In this document: piece after piece, positions 9,952-18,746 of the stretch | Layout of the letters: each line of letters opens with the position of its first letter | Numbering within the stretch: the first letter of the stretch is position 1 | Assembly (NCBI GenBank): GCA_036339735.1 | Contig: JAYZAL010000036.1 | Span: forward strand, 132,727-196,726 | DNA length: 64,000 nt | DNA from: Candidatus Poribacteria bacterium | GTDB lineage: Bacteria; Poribacteria; WGA-4E; UBA9662 | Direction: 5' to 3' | Program-made: the position numbers and the translations under genes | The notes under the pieces: model-generated | Told to the model about the DNA's origin: nothing | Databases searched by the model: none | What the model saw: the letters and a program-made list of their open reading frames with translations, nothing else

Positions 9952-10593
9952 ATGGGAAAAATCCACGTAGCAGTCGTAACTGGCCATCATAACTTTGACG
10001 TTCCGGGTTTTCAAAAACTACTGGATAGCATGCCCCAAGCGACCTTTTATTTGCAAGATCTGCATAACTTTGTGTCGGATGAAGGAAAGTTTAATGAGAC
10101 GTATAAAGCTGTTATTTTCTACAATTTTCATCAAGAGTCCCCAGTAACCAGTCAAGCACAAGACGCGAGGTTAGTTCAGGCTATTGATAAACTGGCGCAA
10201 AACGGTCAAGGTTTATTGATCCTGCATCACGCACTGCTAGCATTTCCAGATTGGACCGTCTGGAATCAGATCGTTGGTATTTCTAATCGGAAGTTTCGGT
10301 ATGCGACTAATCAAACTGTGGAAACCGAAGTCGTTGCAAAAAATCACCCGATTACTGATGGGCTACAGAGATGGGAAATGATTGACGAAATTTATGGTAT
10401 GATCGACGCTAGAAATGATAGCCAATTTATCCTCTCGACTAGACATCCAGATAGTATGAAATATCTAGCATGGACGAGAGAATACAAAAACAGTCGCGTA
10501 TTCTGCTACCAATCAGGTCATGACAATTTAGCCTTCTCCAACCCTAGCTTTCGCCAAGTCATTTCACAAGCTATCAATTGGTTAATAGAATAG
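9952..10593 (+). CDS. ThuA-like / class-I glutamine-amidotransferase-like protein
   Basis: 213 aa; IHVAVVTGHHNFD and overall resemblance to ThuA-family proteins. Assignment is tentative. Confidence 0.4.
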   Translation: MGKIHVAVVTGHHNFDVPGFQKLLDSMPQATFYLQDLHNFVSDEGKFNETYKAVIFYNFHQESPVTSQAQDARLVQAIDKLAQNGQGLLILHHALLAFPDWTVWNQIVGISNRKFRYATNQTVETEVVAKNHPITDGLQRWEMIDEIYGMIDARNDSQFILSTRHPDSMKYLAWTREYKNSRVFCYQSGHDNLAFSNPSFRQVISQAINWLIE

Positions 10594-10806
10594 TTGGCGC
10601 TCGATAATTTTATCAAAAATCTAGTTGCTGAAGTTTGTTTGTCTCTATCTAAGCTGATAGTATAGTTTGTTATTAGCTACGAATTGTGTGAAAACTAAAC
10701 CAATATGCAAACTTATTTTGTGGAACCTGCTTAATTTGCCATTTTATAAATTTATACTAGAAACCTAACACTGTATACCTCTGTTCATTTTTGCACAATT
10801 TACTAG

Positions 10807-11556
10807 ATGAGCCAACAAAATATTATTCAATTAACTGAAGCTGTCACTGAGAAACTACGGGTAGAGACGACAAAACTATTTCCAGAACTAATTGCTGAAT
10901 GTAAGCAAATCGGCTGGGTCTATAATCCACTTGACTATGCCTGGTTATCTCACAGAGAATGGATCCACCGATTTTCTGGTAACGGTGCAAAAATTCTATT
11001 AGTCGGAATGAATCCAGGACACGGAATGGGAAATACAGGCGTACCTTTTGGTTGTCCTGAACAAGTTCGAGATTTTCTAAACATCAAGAATGTTTCAATC
11101 GGTCATCCACCCAAACAACACCCTAAGCGGCCAGTAATAGGTCTAGAGTGTACTAAACCAGAAGTTAGTGGTCGACGGATCTGGACATTTTTAGCTCAAA
11201 AATATGGGGCAGCGGAAAATGTGAGTCGAAAAGTGTTTGTGGCTAACCATTGTCCATTATGGATGTTTGATAATAACGGAAAAAATGTCACACCTGATAA
11301 ATTGACAGGTTCAGCTGCCAAAAAACTAATGTCTATGTGTGACGATTACCTAAAGACCTTGGTTGAGATAATGAATATTAAAAATGTTATTGGCATTGGT
11401 CGGTATGCCGAAAGGCAAGCTAAAGTACTTTTTGAAAATACAGAAATTACCGTTGATTGGGTTCCTCACCCAAGTCCAGCATCTCCTTTTTCTAACCGAA
11501 ACGGTGGGGCTGATTGGCGTAACGCATTTAGCACAGTACTCGATAATAATTCCTAA
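10807..11556 (+). CDS. Family-3 uracil-DNA glycosylase (SMUG1-type)
   Basis: GMNPGHGMGNTGVPFG matches SMUG1 motif 1 (GMNPGPFGMAQTGVPFG), and HPSPASP near the C-terminus matches the SMUG1 HPSPRNP motif. Confidence 0.7.
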   Translation: MSQQNIIQLTEAVTEKLRVETTKLFPELIAECKQIGWVYNPLDYAWLSHREWIHRFSGNGAKILLVGMNPGHGMGNTGVPFGCPEQVRDFLNIKNVSIGHPPKQHPKRPVIGLECTKPEVSGRRIWTFLAQKYGAAENVSRKVFVANHCPLWMFDNNGKNVTPDKLTGSAAKKLMSMCDDYLKTLVEIMNIKNVIGIGRYAERQAKVLFENTEITVDWVPHPSPASPFSNRNGGADWRNAFSTVLDNNS

Positions 11557-11605
11557 AGTGAAATGCGTAGAATTTGAGTTGACCTACTGATAGGCCAATA
11601 GTATA

Positions 11606-12442
11606 ATGTCAATCATGGAAGCCTTAAACGGTCAGCCGGCCCCATCTCTCCGTCAGCAGATGCGGGAGTTTTACCAGACATCTGAAACCTACAAAAACCT
11701 TTTAAAGTATCACGATACAGCTTATCTAAAAACCTTCGTTGGTTTGGTCAGCGGTCATGCCCGAAGTAATTCACAACTGTTGGAAGTTGGTTGTGGTAAC
11801 GGTATTGCGAGTAGAATGTTGGCTGCACAAGGACATTGTGTGGTTGGGACTGATATTTCTCCCTTGTTTCTACAAGAAGCCCAAACTTGGCAGGATCAAA
11901 AACTCACTTATCAAATAGCCGACGCTATTGAACTTCCTTTTCCAAATCAACATTTTGATTTGGTTTGCTCAAATGAGCTAATTGAACATGTTCCGGATGT
12001 AGAAGCGACTTTGCAAGAAATGATTCGAGTAACCAAGAATGGAGGTCGAATTATAGTAGCTGGCCCTAACCTTTGCTCTCCTATTACATCTGTTTTGGAT
12101 TTACTCCGCTTGATTGTTGGAGGTCGTGGGCGGCCGATTTGGGCCGAAACAAAAAAGCAAGCATTTCAAGGGCTAATTCGTAATATAGAGTACTACTTTC
12201 AGAAACGGTCATCTAAGGAACCAAATTTTATTTTTCGCCAACCTGATTTGGAAAATCAAATTATCGGTGGTGATGCGGACAGCGTTTACATTTCGAGTCC
12301 AATTGATCTAGAGTGTTTCTTTCAAAATTCTGGTCTGTCAATAGTCAAATTGAGCGTTGGTTTTGGCCTCAAAGGACGATTAGTTGCAGCTTTTTGCCCT
12401 AGACTGAGCCCATACATCAGTATGGTGATTGAAAAGAAATGA
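11606..12442 (+). CDS. Class I SAM-dependent methyltransferase
   Basis: Motif I LEVGCGNGIASRML and a post-I acidic residue; Methyltransf_11/25-like. Its stop overlaps the start of the next gene (ATGA). Confidence 0.75.
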   Translation: MSIMEALNGQPAPSLRQQMREFYQTSETYKNLLKYHDTAYLKTFVGLVSGHARSNSQLLEVGCGNGIASRMLAAQGHCVVGTDISPLFLQEAQTWQDQKLTYQIADAIELPFPNQHFDLVCSNELIEHVPDVEATLQEMIRVTKNGGRIIVAGPNLCSPITSVLDLLRLIVGGRGRPIWAETKKQAFQGLIRNIEYYFQKRSSKEPNFIFRQPDLENQIIGGDADSVYISSPIDLECFFQNSGLSIVKLSVGFGLKGRLVAAFCPRLSPYISMVIEKK

Positions 12443-13281
12443 ATGTTCAAGCAAACGATATTGTATTAGAGATTGGCAGTGGACATAATCCAAGCACTCG
12501 GTCCAATGTATTATGCGATAAATTTTTAGTTGATGATACTCAACGTGGTGGGCAAATTGTAGCTGACAGGCCAATAGTGGAAGCCGATGGACAATATTTA
12601 CCTTTTGCTGATAATAGCTTTGATTATGTGATATGCCGACATGTTTTAGAGCATGTTGAAGACCCAGAACTAATGATATCTGAACTGGAACGTGTTGCTG
12701 ATCGTGGATATATCGAGACTCCATCAGAACTCGGTGAGCGTCTATACGGTTGGCCATATCATGATTGGATTTTGAATCAGGTAAATGATAAATTAATGAT
12801 TCAAAAGAATCAGCTTGATAATCAATTTGGTCACCTATTTCACATTTTAGCATCTGAGGACCCTAATTTTTCCAGATTTCATCAGTCATATCACTCGTTA
12901 TTCCTAATTCAGTACGAATGGAATGAAAAAGTCAAATACGAGTTGGTGAGTTCTGATGAATCCATTCTCAAAAAGCAATTAGGTGATATAGAGACGCTCC
13001 TAGCCAACAAATTGTCTAATCGTTCGTTTGTTCGATGGCACGAAAAAACTCTAAGGAATACCATAGCCAATATCTTACCAACACAACTTACTAGACGGAT
13101 AAAGTCTTGGTTCGCTCAACTTCATCAGAGTAATAAGACCCCCGATTTGACCGAAATTATCGTCTGCCCACTATGCAAAGTTGATGTAGAATGGGCAAGG
13201 GATGTAATCATATGCAAGAACTGTAAAGTAGATTACCCAATAGTTAACCATATTCCACGACTAGTTCCATCAATGAACTGA
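12439..13281 (+). CDS. Class I SAM-dependent methyltransferase with a C-terminal Trm112-like zinc-ribbon domain
   Basis: Motif I VLEIGSGHNP and motif LPFADNSFDYVICRHVLEHVEDP. The C-terminus CPLCKVDVEW...CKNCKVDYPIVNHIPRL matches the Trm112/YcaR (DUF343) CxxC...CxxC...YPI..GIP pattern. Confidence 0.7.
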   Translation: MNVQANDIVLEIGSGHNPSTRSNVLCDKFLVDDTQRGGQIVADRPIVEADGQYLPFADNSFDYVICRHVLEHVEDPELMISELERVADRGYIETPSELGERLYGWPYHDWILNQVNDKLMIQKNQLDNQFGHLFHILASEDPNFSRFHQSYHSLFLIQYEWNEKVKYELVSSDESILKKQLGDIETLLANKLSNRSFVRWHEKTLRNTIANILPTQLTRRIKSWFAQLHQSNKTPDLTEIIVCPLCKVDVEWARDVIICKNCKVDYPIVNHIPRLVPSMN

Positions 13282-13299
13282 GTTTGATTAACCAGAAAA

Positions 13300-13800
13300 A
13301 TGTCAGATATAAATCCGAAGCGAGCTTCTACGAACACTTTTGCTGCGCATTTGAGTCGGGCACAAGCAGCAACTGACGAGTCTGGTAACACACTGACTAA
13401 ATCTGACCCTATAAAAGCAAGTAGTCTGTCAACTCGGTTAGCCTTAGAAATTGAAGGAACATCACCCCATAGTTGGGAGGATGCATCTCAAAGAGCATTG
13501 GCTAATGCCCACCTGATTGGACCAGCTGAATTTGACATAATATACCAAACGGGAATAGTAGAATATGGTAAGATTAAAGAGTACCGAATTGGCCTAAGGG
13601 TTTACTCAGACGATCCTACATCACTAACAAATATACATCTGCAAAGACAACAATCGAATATCGTGGGTGAACCGACTGATGCTGAAAACTTTGACCCGTT
13701 TTTAGAAAGAACGGTTCAATCAGAATCACAAAAACAATTGGCCGAACACTATCAGACGGTTCGAAATCTTGGAGAGAAAGAAAAAGGAGATAAAGAATAA
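13300..13800 (+). CDS. Dodecin-domain (flavin-binding) protein with N- and C-terminal extensions
   Basis: The central segment LEIEGTSPHSWEDASQRALANAH...FDIIYQTGIVEYGKIKEYRIGLRVYS matches the dodecin core (E.VGTSP.SWEDA...A ... G.V..G.V.EY.V.LKV). The protein is 166 aa, against roughly 70 aa for canonical dodecins. Confidence 0.65.
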   Translation: MSDINPKRASTNTFAAHLSRAQAATDESGNTLTKSDPIKASSLSTRLALEIEGTSPHSWEDASQRALANAHLIGPAEFDIIYQTGIVEYGKIKEYRIGLRVYSDDPTSLTNIHLQRQQSNIVGEPTDAENFDPFLERTVQSESQKQLAEHYQTVRNLGEKEKGDKE

Positions 13801-13802
13801 CT

Positions 13803-15029
13803 GTGCCTGACGTAAAAATATACACAACTGACTTCTGTTCTTATTGTGAAGTAGCGAAGCGTTTACTAGGAAAAATCGGGGTAAGTTATCAGGAGATCAA
13901 TATCCATGGAGATGCCAAAAAGCGAGATGAAATCGAAGCACTAACCGGACGACGAGATGTGCCACAAATCTTCATTGATAATCAACACATTGGAGATGAT
14001 GATGACCTTGCGGCCCTAGTAAACTCTGGTAAGATTAACGAATTGTTAAATACTGAAGAACCCGAAGAAAAAACGGAGACGAAAGCGATCGAAGAACGGA
14101 ATGTTGTCATAATTGGTGGTGGTACTGCTGGCTTCGCGGCTGGAGTGTACACTTCGCGTGCCATGTTAGAACCATTGCTCCTAACTGGTGAAGCACTTGG
14201 TGGTCAGCTCTCGTTGACACTAGACCTAGAAAACTATCCTGGCTACTTTGGAAACGAGGCTAATGAGTTCATTATGGGCTTGAAAGAACAAGCCGAAAAA
14301 TTTGGTACTGAGACTCGTTTCGAGACCGTTACAGATATCGATTTGGGTCAACATCCTTTTCTTGTTAATACTCACGACCAGAGCTATTTGGCGAAGTCTG
14401 TCATCATTTGTACCGGCTCATCTCCTAGAATGCTGAACATCACAGGGGAACATGAGTACGGTGGAAAAGGTGTTTCTTACTGTGCAACATGTGACGGCTT
14501 CTTCTTTCAAGATCAGCGTCTGATTGTCGTTGGCGGGGGAGACGCAGCACTAGAAGAAGGTATATTCTTGACAAAATATGCTTCTGAAGTCTTCATTGTA
14601 CACCGTAGAGACCAGCTAAGAGCCAGTCAAATCATGCAAGAGCGAGCATTCAAGAATGATAAAATTAAGTTCATTTGGGATACCGTGGTTGAAGAAGTTG
14701 TTGGGGACGAGCAAAAGGTAACAGGTGCCAAACTAAAGAATGTAAAAACTGGTAGGACCGAGATTTTTCCCATTGATGGCGTATTTGTATTCATAGGACA
14801 TATTCCTAACAATGAGTTATTTAGAGATAAAATTGATCTGGATGATCAAGGATATGTGATTGTTGACCGAAAACAACAAACCAGTGTAGCAGGAATTTTT
14901 GCCGCCGGGGACATCCATGACCATGTATTTCGACAAGCCATTACGGCTGGAGGGGCAGGTGCAGCAGCTGGCATCATGGCTGAAAAATTCATTGCTGATC
15001 TGGAAAATCGTTCTTACCCAACTGAATAA
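13803..15029 (+). CDS. Glutaredoxin-domain / thioredoxin-disulfide reductase fusion protein
   Basis: N-terminal Grx fold with a CSYC active site (KIYTTDFCSYCEVAKRLL). It is followed by a low-Mr TrxR with FAD motif VVIIGGGTAGFAAGVY, redox-active CATCDGFFF and NADPH motif VVGGGDAALEEG. GTG start 2 nt after the dodecin stop, with a GGAG ribosome-binding site upstream. Confidence 0.8.
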   Translation: MPDVKIYTTDFCSYCEVAKRLLGKIGVSYQEINIHGDAKKRDEIEALTGRRDVPQIFIDNQHIGDDDDLAALVNSGKINELLNTEEPEEKTETKAIEERNVVIIGGGTAGFAAGVYTSRAMLEPLLLTGEALGGQLSLTLDLENYPGYFGNEANEFIMGLKEQAEKFGTETRFETVTDIDLGQHPFLVNTHDQSYLAKSVIICTGSSPRMLNITGEHEYGGKGVSYCATCDGFFFQDQRLIVVGGGDAALEEGIFLTKYASEVFIVHRRDQLRASQIMQERAFKNDKIKFIWDTVVEEVVGDEQKVTGAKLKNVKTGRTEIFPIDGVFVFIGHIPNNELFRDKIDLDDQGYVIVDRKQQTSVAGIFAAGDIHDHVFRQAITAGGAGAAAGIMAEKFIADLENRSYPTE

Positions 15030-15056
15030 ATAATTAACTTCTATGGAGGATGTAAA

Positions 15057-15310
15057 ATGGGACTGGATTGGAAACCACGCCACCGTGATTTGGTGATTGG
15101 GAACATTGATTGGCTAGCTCGTATAACAGACAAGGTCAGGGCAAAATTGGCGGGTATATTGGGCGAATATATCTATCCTTGACCACAGGATAATAAGTTC
15201 CTGGAGGAACAAAGGTTAACTGCAGAGGAATTCGTACAGATAGTAGTCGACAACCCCTCAGATGAAGAAATGATTGTTGCCATCAAAAAACTAGAAAACA
15301 GTAATTTATG
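15057..15310 (+). pseudogene. Small ORF of 45 aa; possibly a frameshifted small conserved gene that continues in the +1 frame to 15310
   Basis: ATG 15057 gives MGLDWKPRHRDLVIGNIDWLARITDKVRAKLAGILGEYIYPLTTG*. The +1 frame from about 15184 continues PQDNKFLEEQRLTAEEFVQIVVDNPSDEEMIVAIKKLENSNL* to 15310. The N-terminal KPR..DL.G...L.R.IDKVRA..AG.LGEY.Y pattern resembles a small conserved family I recall only vaguely (DUF5069-like). Confidence 0.25.
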
Positions 15311-15377
15311 ACGGGGACAAGTTGTTTTTTGGATCAAATACAATAAATTTGAGCATGTATAGCGTGGGGAATCTTTT

Positions 15378-16469
15378 TTGAAGCTAGAAGACTTTCGGAA
15401 ACAGTTAGACACAATTGATGACCAAATTTTGGCCTTACTCAACCAGCGGATCGATGTCGTTGAGCAGGTTGGTGATCTTAAAAGAGAGCAAAGTCAATCA
15501 CACAAAAAAGAGTTACAAGTCTATGCTCCACACCGAGAGAAACAAATCTTGGCTCGGTTACATCAAAAAAATCACCATTTTCCGATTCAGGCATTAGATA
15601 AAATTTATGGAGAAATCATTTCTGCCTGCCGATCAGCAGAAAAATCATTAAAAATTGCATTTCTTGGTCCGGTCGGAACTTTTGGCCACGCTACTAGTTT
15701 AGAGCACTTCGGATCCTCAGTCGAATTCGTGCCGATTACGCCACAAGCAGATATTTTTTCGGAAGTGGAATCAAAACGAGTCGATTATGGTGTGATTGCT
15801 ATTGAAAACTCGACTTACGGTAGTGTTCGAGACATTTTAGAGATGTTTCATCATACCTCACTCCAAATTTGCGGTGAGCGAATGATGAAAATAGATCACA
15901 ACCTTATGTCAATTTCCCCACTTTCAGACGTGAAGCGAATTTATTCTCACGAGCAAGCATTTGCTCAATGTCGTTTCTGGTTGAAACAGAATTTGTCTAA
16001 TGTTGAATTCGTTCGTGTACACAGTACTGCAGAAGCTGCCAGGCTTGCTACCAACGAACTTGGTTCAGCTGCTATTGCTAGCCGGTTAGCAAGTCAATAT
16101 CATCGTATGCCCATTATTGCTAAGTCGATCATGGATAATACCAATAATATGACCAGATTCCTAATTATTGGACATCATACGGCAGAACCAACTGGTCAAG
16201 ATCGAACTTCTATTCTGTTTGGTGTACGTGATAAAGTTGGGTCATTAGCAGATGTGTTAACTATTCTCCGGGACCATCGTCTTAACATGAGTAAAATTGA
16301 ATCACTTCCTTCTCAAAATAAGACTTGGGAATATGTGTTCTTTGCGGACTTCAGTGGCCACCAATTAGACCCACAAGTTAGTCTAGCTCTGCCGTCGATT
16401 CGAGAAAAATCTGCCTTTGTAAAAGTTCTTGGAAGTTATCCTACAGACAACAGATATATTGAAACGTAA
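15378..16469 (+). CDS. pheA: Bifunctional chorismate mutase / prephenate dehydratase (P-protein)
   Basis: N-terminal chorismate-mutase helix region (LRKQLDTIDDQILALLNQR), prephenate-dehydratase motifs (IAFLGPVGTFGHAT, TRF in NMTRFLIIG) and a C-terminal ACT domain. TTG start. Confidence 0.8.
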   Translation: MKLEDFRKQLDTIDDQILALLNQRIDVVEQVGDLKREQSQSHKKELQVYAPHREKQILARLHQKNHHFPIQALDKIYGEIISACRSAEKSLKIAFLGPVGTFGHATSLEHFGSSVEFVPITPQADIFSEVESKRVDYGVIAIENSTYGSVRDILEMFHHTSLQICGERMMKIDHNLMSISPLSDVKRIYSHEQAFAQCRFWLKQNLSNVEFVRVHSTAEAARLATNELGSAAIASRLASQYHRMPIIAKSIMDNTNNMTRFLIIGHHTAEPTGQDRTSILFGVRDKVGSLADVLTILRDHRLNMSKIESLPSQNKTWEYVFFADFSGHQLDPQVSLALPSIREKSAFVKVLGSYPTDNRYIET

Positions 16470-16530
16470 TTAGAGTTGTTTCTAGTCTGTTGGCCACCAG
16501 ATTAGAAACACTCGAAAGAGGGATTAGTCA

Positions 16531-17775
16531 TTGTCGGATTTAAAAAGCCGGTGTGTTTTAGTTGTTGATGATGATCCCATGGTCCGATCGGTCGTCAAGG
16601 AAGCATTTCGTCACGATAATTACCAAATCTGTAGTGCTAGTAACGGCGAGGATGCACTTGCATTGCTGCCTAAAATTTCTCCTATTCTTGTGTTGTTAGA
16701 TCTCAGGATGCCAGTGATGAATGGCTTCCAATTTCTTGAACATATAAAAACAATGGGTTTTCCTCCTCAGGGGACAAGCTCAGGCGAGGCGGTAGGACAT
16801 CTTTCGTCCCTTCCTTTTTCTATTGTAGTTATGGCTCAGATTCACCAAGATCACGACTTCGCACGCTGTTACGAATTTGGAATTACCGCATTTCTAAAGA
16901 AGCCATTCAATGTTCATGAGTTGAAAGGATTAGTCAGTAACTTAGTTTCTTTCAAACAAAATGAGAAAAATCTGGAAGAATTAGTCATACAAAATGATCA
17001 AAAACTCATTACAACCAGTAATCAACTAGAAGAAGAGACTGCAGCTCGATACTTAGCAGAATCCCAACTCAACAGAGCAAAAATACTAATTGATAAAACA
17101 TACGATAGTCAGAAAAAGTTGATTATTGATATCAATCAACAGTTTTATTCCACCACTAAGCAAATCCTTGACAAAATTACTCAACTTACTAATCAACCAC
17201 TAACTATAGAACAGAGAAAAAATTTAGGTTATATCAAATCATCAGCCTACGAAGCGGTCGATCTATCTCAAAGCATGTTAAGTCTTCTTGAAGTGAATGA
17301 TTCACCTAGCAAAGGTCTCAGTGTTAATTTCGACCTTCGTCATTTAGTAATAGAAATGCTAGAAGAGCAAGAACGGAGGGTTGGCTCTCATATTTTCGCA
17401 TTTTCCACCATAATTGCTCCAGAAGTACCAACATTAGTGGTTGGAAATCGGACAATTATTAGGCAACTGATTTGTAGTATGATTCGGAACGTATTTATTT
17501 CTACTAATTCACCAGATGGGTCCAAAAAAACTGGAATTGAATTTCGAATAGAGATTGAAACATTAACAGAAACCTCAGCTCAATTTCAGTTGACTGCCAG
17601 TAATCAAATGACCGCAGATAATACAATTAGCGAAAAAACAAGAAATGTAATAAATTTGAAATTGTCAATTGACAAAAGGGTTGCAGACCTTATACAAGGC
17701 AAGGTCAAATTTGAGGAAAAACAGGGTGAAATATTTTATCAGTTAAGTGTTCCATTAGGTTGGGTCATAGAATGA
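16531..17775 (+). CDS. Response-regulator receiver domain fused to a degenerate histidine-kinase-like C-terminus
   Basis: REC domain (LVVDDDPMVR ... LLDLRMPVMNGFQF ... KKPF). The C-terminal half has a HisKA-like helix without an obvious phosphoacceptor His and an N-box-like segment (LVVGNRTIIRQLICSMIRNVF). TTG start. Confidence 0.55.
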   Translation: MSDLKSRCVLVVDDDPMVRSVVKEAFRHDNYQICSASNGEDALALLPKISPILVLLDLRMPVMNGFQFLEHIKTMGFPPQGTSSGEAVGHLSSLPFSIVVMAQIHQDHDFARCYEFGITAFLKKPFNVHELKGLVSNLVSFKQNEKNLEELVIQNDQKLITTSNQLEEETAARYLAESQLNRAKILIDKTYDSQKKLIIDINQQFYSTTKQILDKITQLTNQPLTIEQRKNLGYIKSSAYEAVDLSQSMLSLLEVNDSPSKGLSVNFDLRHLVIEMLEEQERRVGSHIFAFSTIIAPEVPTLVVGNRTIIRQLICSMIRNVFISTNSPDGSKKTGIEFRIEIETLTETSAQFQLTASNQMTADNTISEKTRNVINLKLSIDKRVADLIQGKVKFEEKQGEIFYQLSVPLGWVIE

Positions 17776-17809
17776 AATGCTGTCAGTCAGTACACAAATG
17801 TTGTGTACC

Positions 17810-18598
17810 TTAAGGCGTACCACGCCTTTGTCCTCCATCCATATAAATTGAACTACCAAAAACATAAGAGCAAGCCGAAGAAGCTAAAAATACCGCCGCG
17901 TTTGCGATTTCTTCTGGCTCAGCCATTCTTCCAGCTGGTAGCCGCCCCGCTAGTTGTAATAATAGATCCTCTACGTTTTTCCCTTCTTTTTTGGCTTTTG
18001 CTCGTTGCTGGGTTCTGGCTCTGTTGGTATTAGTCAACCCTGGGCAAATGCTATTAACCAAGATACCATCTTTTGCAACAGCATCGGATAAGGCACGTGT
18101 CATATTAAGAATTAAAATATTTGCTGAGCCTGTCGGAATGTTATGTCGCGTCGGGCTCGTACCCGCAGCACCAGCAATATTAATAATTCGACCCCACCTA
18201 TTGAGCTTCATATGAGGAATCACCTCTTGCGCCATTTTCAGATAACTAAAGCTTTTTAATCGTAATGCTGATTCTATTTGTTCTCTAGCTAAATCTAAAA
18301 TGTCACTGTTCTGAGCAGAACCAACATTGTTGATTAAAATGTCGACTCCACCCAAAAATCGAACAGCTTCTTGTACGACTTGCCGACAACCTTCAGCAGT
18401 AGCTAGATCCTCGGTAACAGCATACCCACAAACACCAATGGCTTCAATTTCTGAAACGACCTGTTCCAAATCCGTTTTCGTTCTGGATACGATGCAGACT
18501 TCAACTCCTTCTTTGGCTAAACCTAAAGCACAAGCTCGTCCGATACCACGACTAGCACCAGTTACAATAGCTCGTTTTCCTGCTAAACCTAATTCCAT
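17810..18598 (-). CDS. Short-chain dehydrogenase/reductase (SDR) family oxidoreductase
   Basis: TGASRGIGRA nucleotide-binding motif, NNVG, and an SDR-like catalytic region; 262 aa. Confidence 0.75.
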   Translation of the reverse strand: MELGLAGKRAIVTGASRGIGRACALGLAKEGVEVCIVSRTKTDLEQVVSEIEAIGVCGYAVTEDLATAEGCRQVVQEAVRFLGGVDILINNVGSAQNSDILDLAREQIESALRLKSFSYLKMAQEVIPHMKLNRWGRIINIAGAAGTSPTRHNIPTGSANILILNMTRALSDAVAKDGILVNSICPGLTNTNRARTQQRAKAKKEGKNVEDLLLQLAGRLPAGRMAEPEEIANAAVFLASSACSYVFGSSIYMDGGQRRGTP

Positions 18599-18746
18599 TT
18601 TGCCCCTTTTTAGTTTTCGATCTTAATTTTCAAAAATAATGGAAAAAACTTACTTCGAAAGACCCAAGTTGGTTACTTGCAAACCTTACGTACTTCTGAT
18701 ATTATTTGACCCCAGGTAGGTCGTAAACCTCGAAGCCTCGTAGTTA

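Noticed and set aside
17803-18626. Plus-strand ORFs of 76, 74 and 99 aa overlapping the SDR gene
   Set aside because: Antisense overlap with a confidently called SDR; no motifs and a Pro/Arg/Ser-rich artefactual composition.
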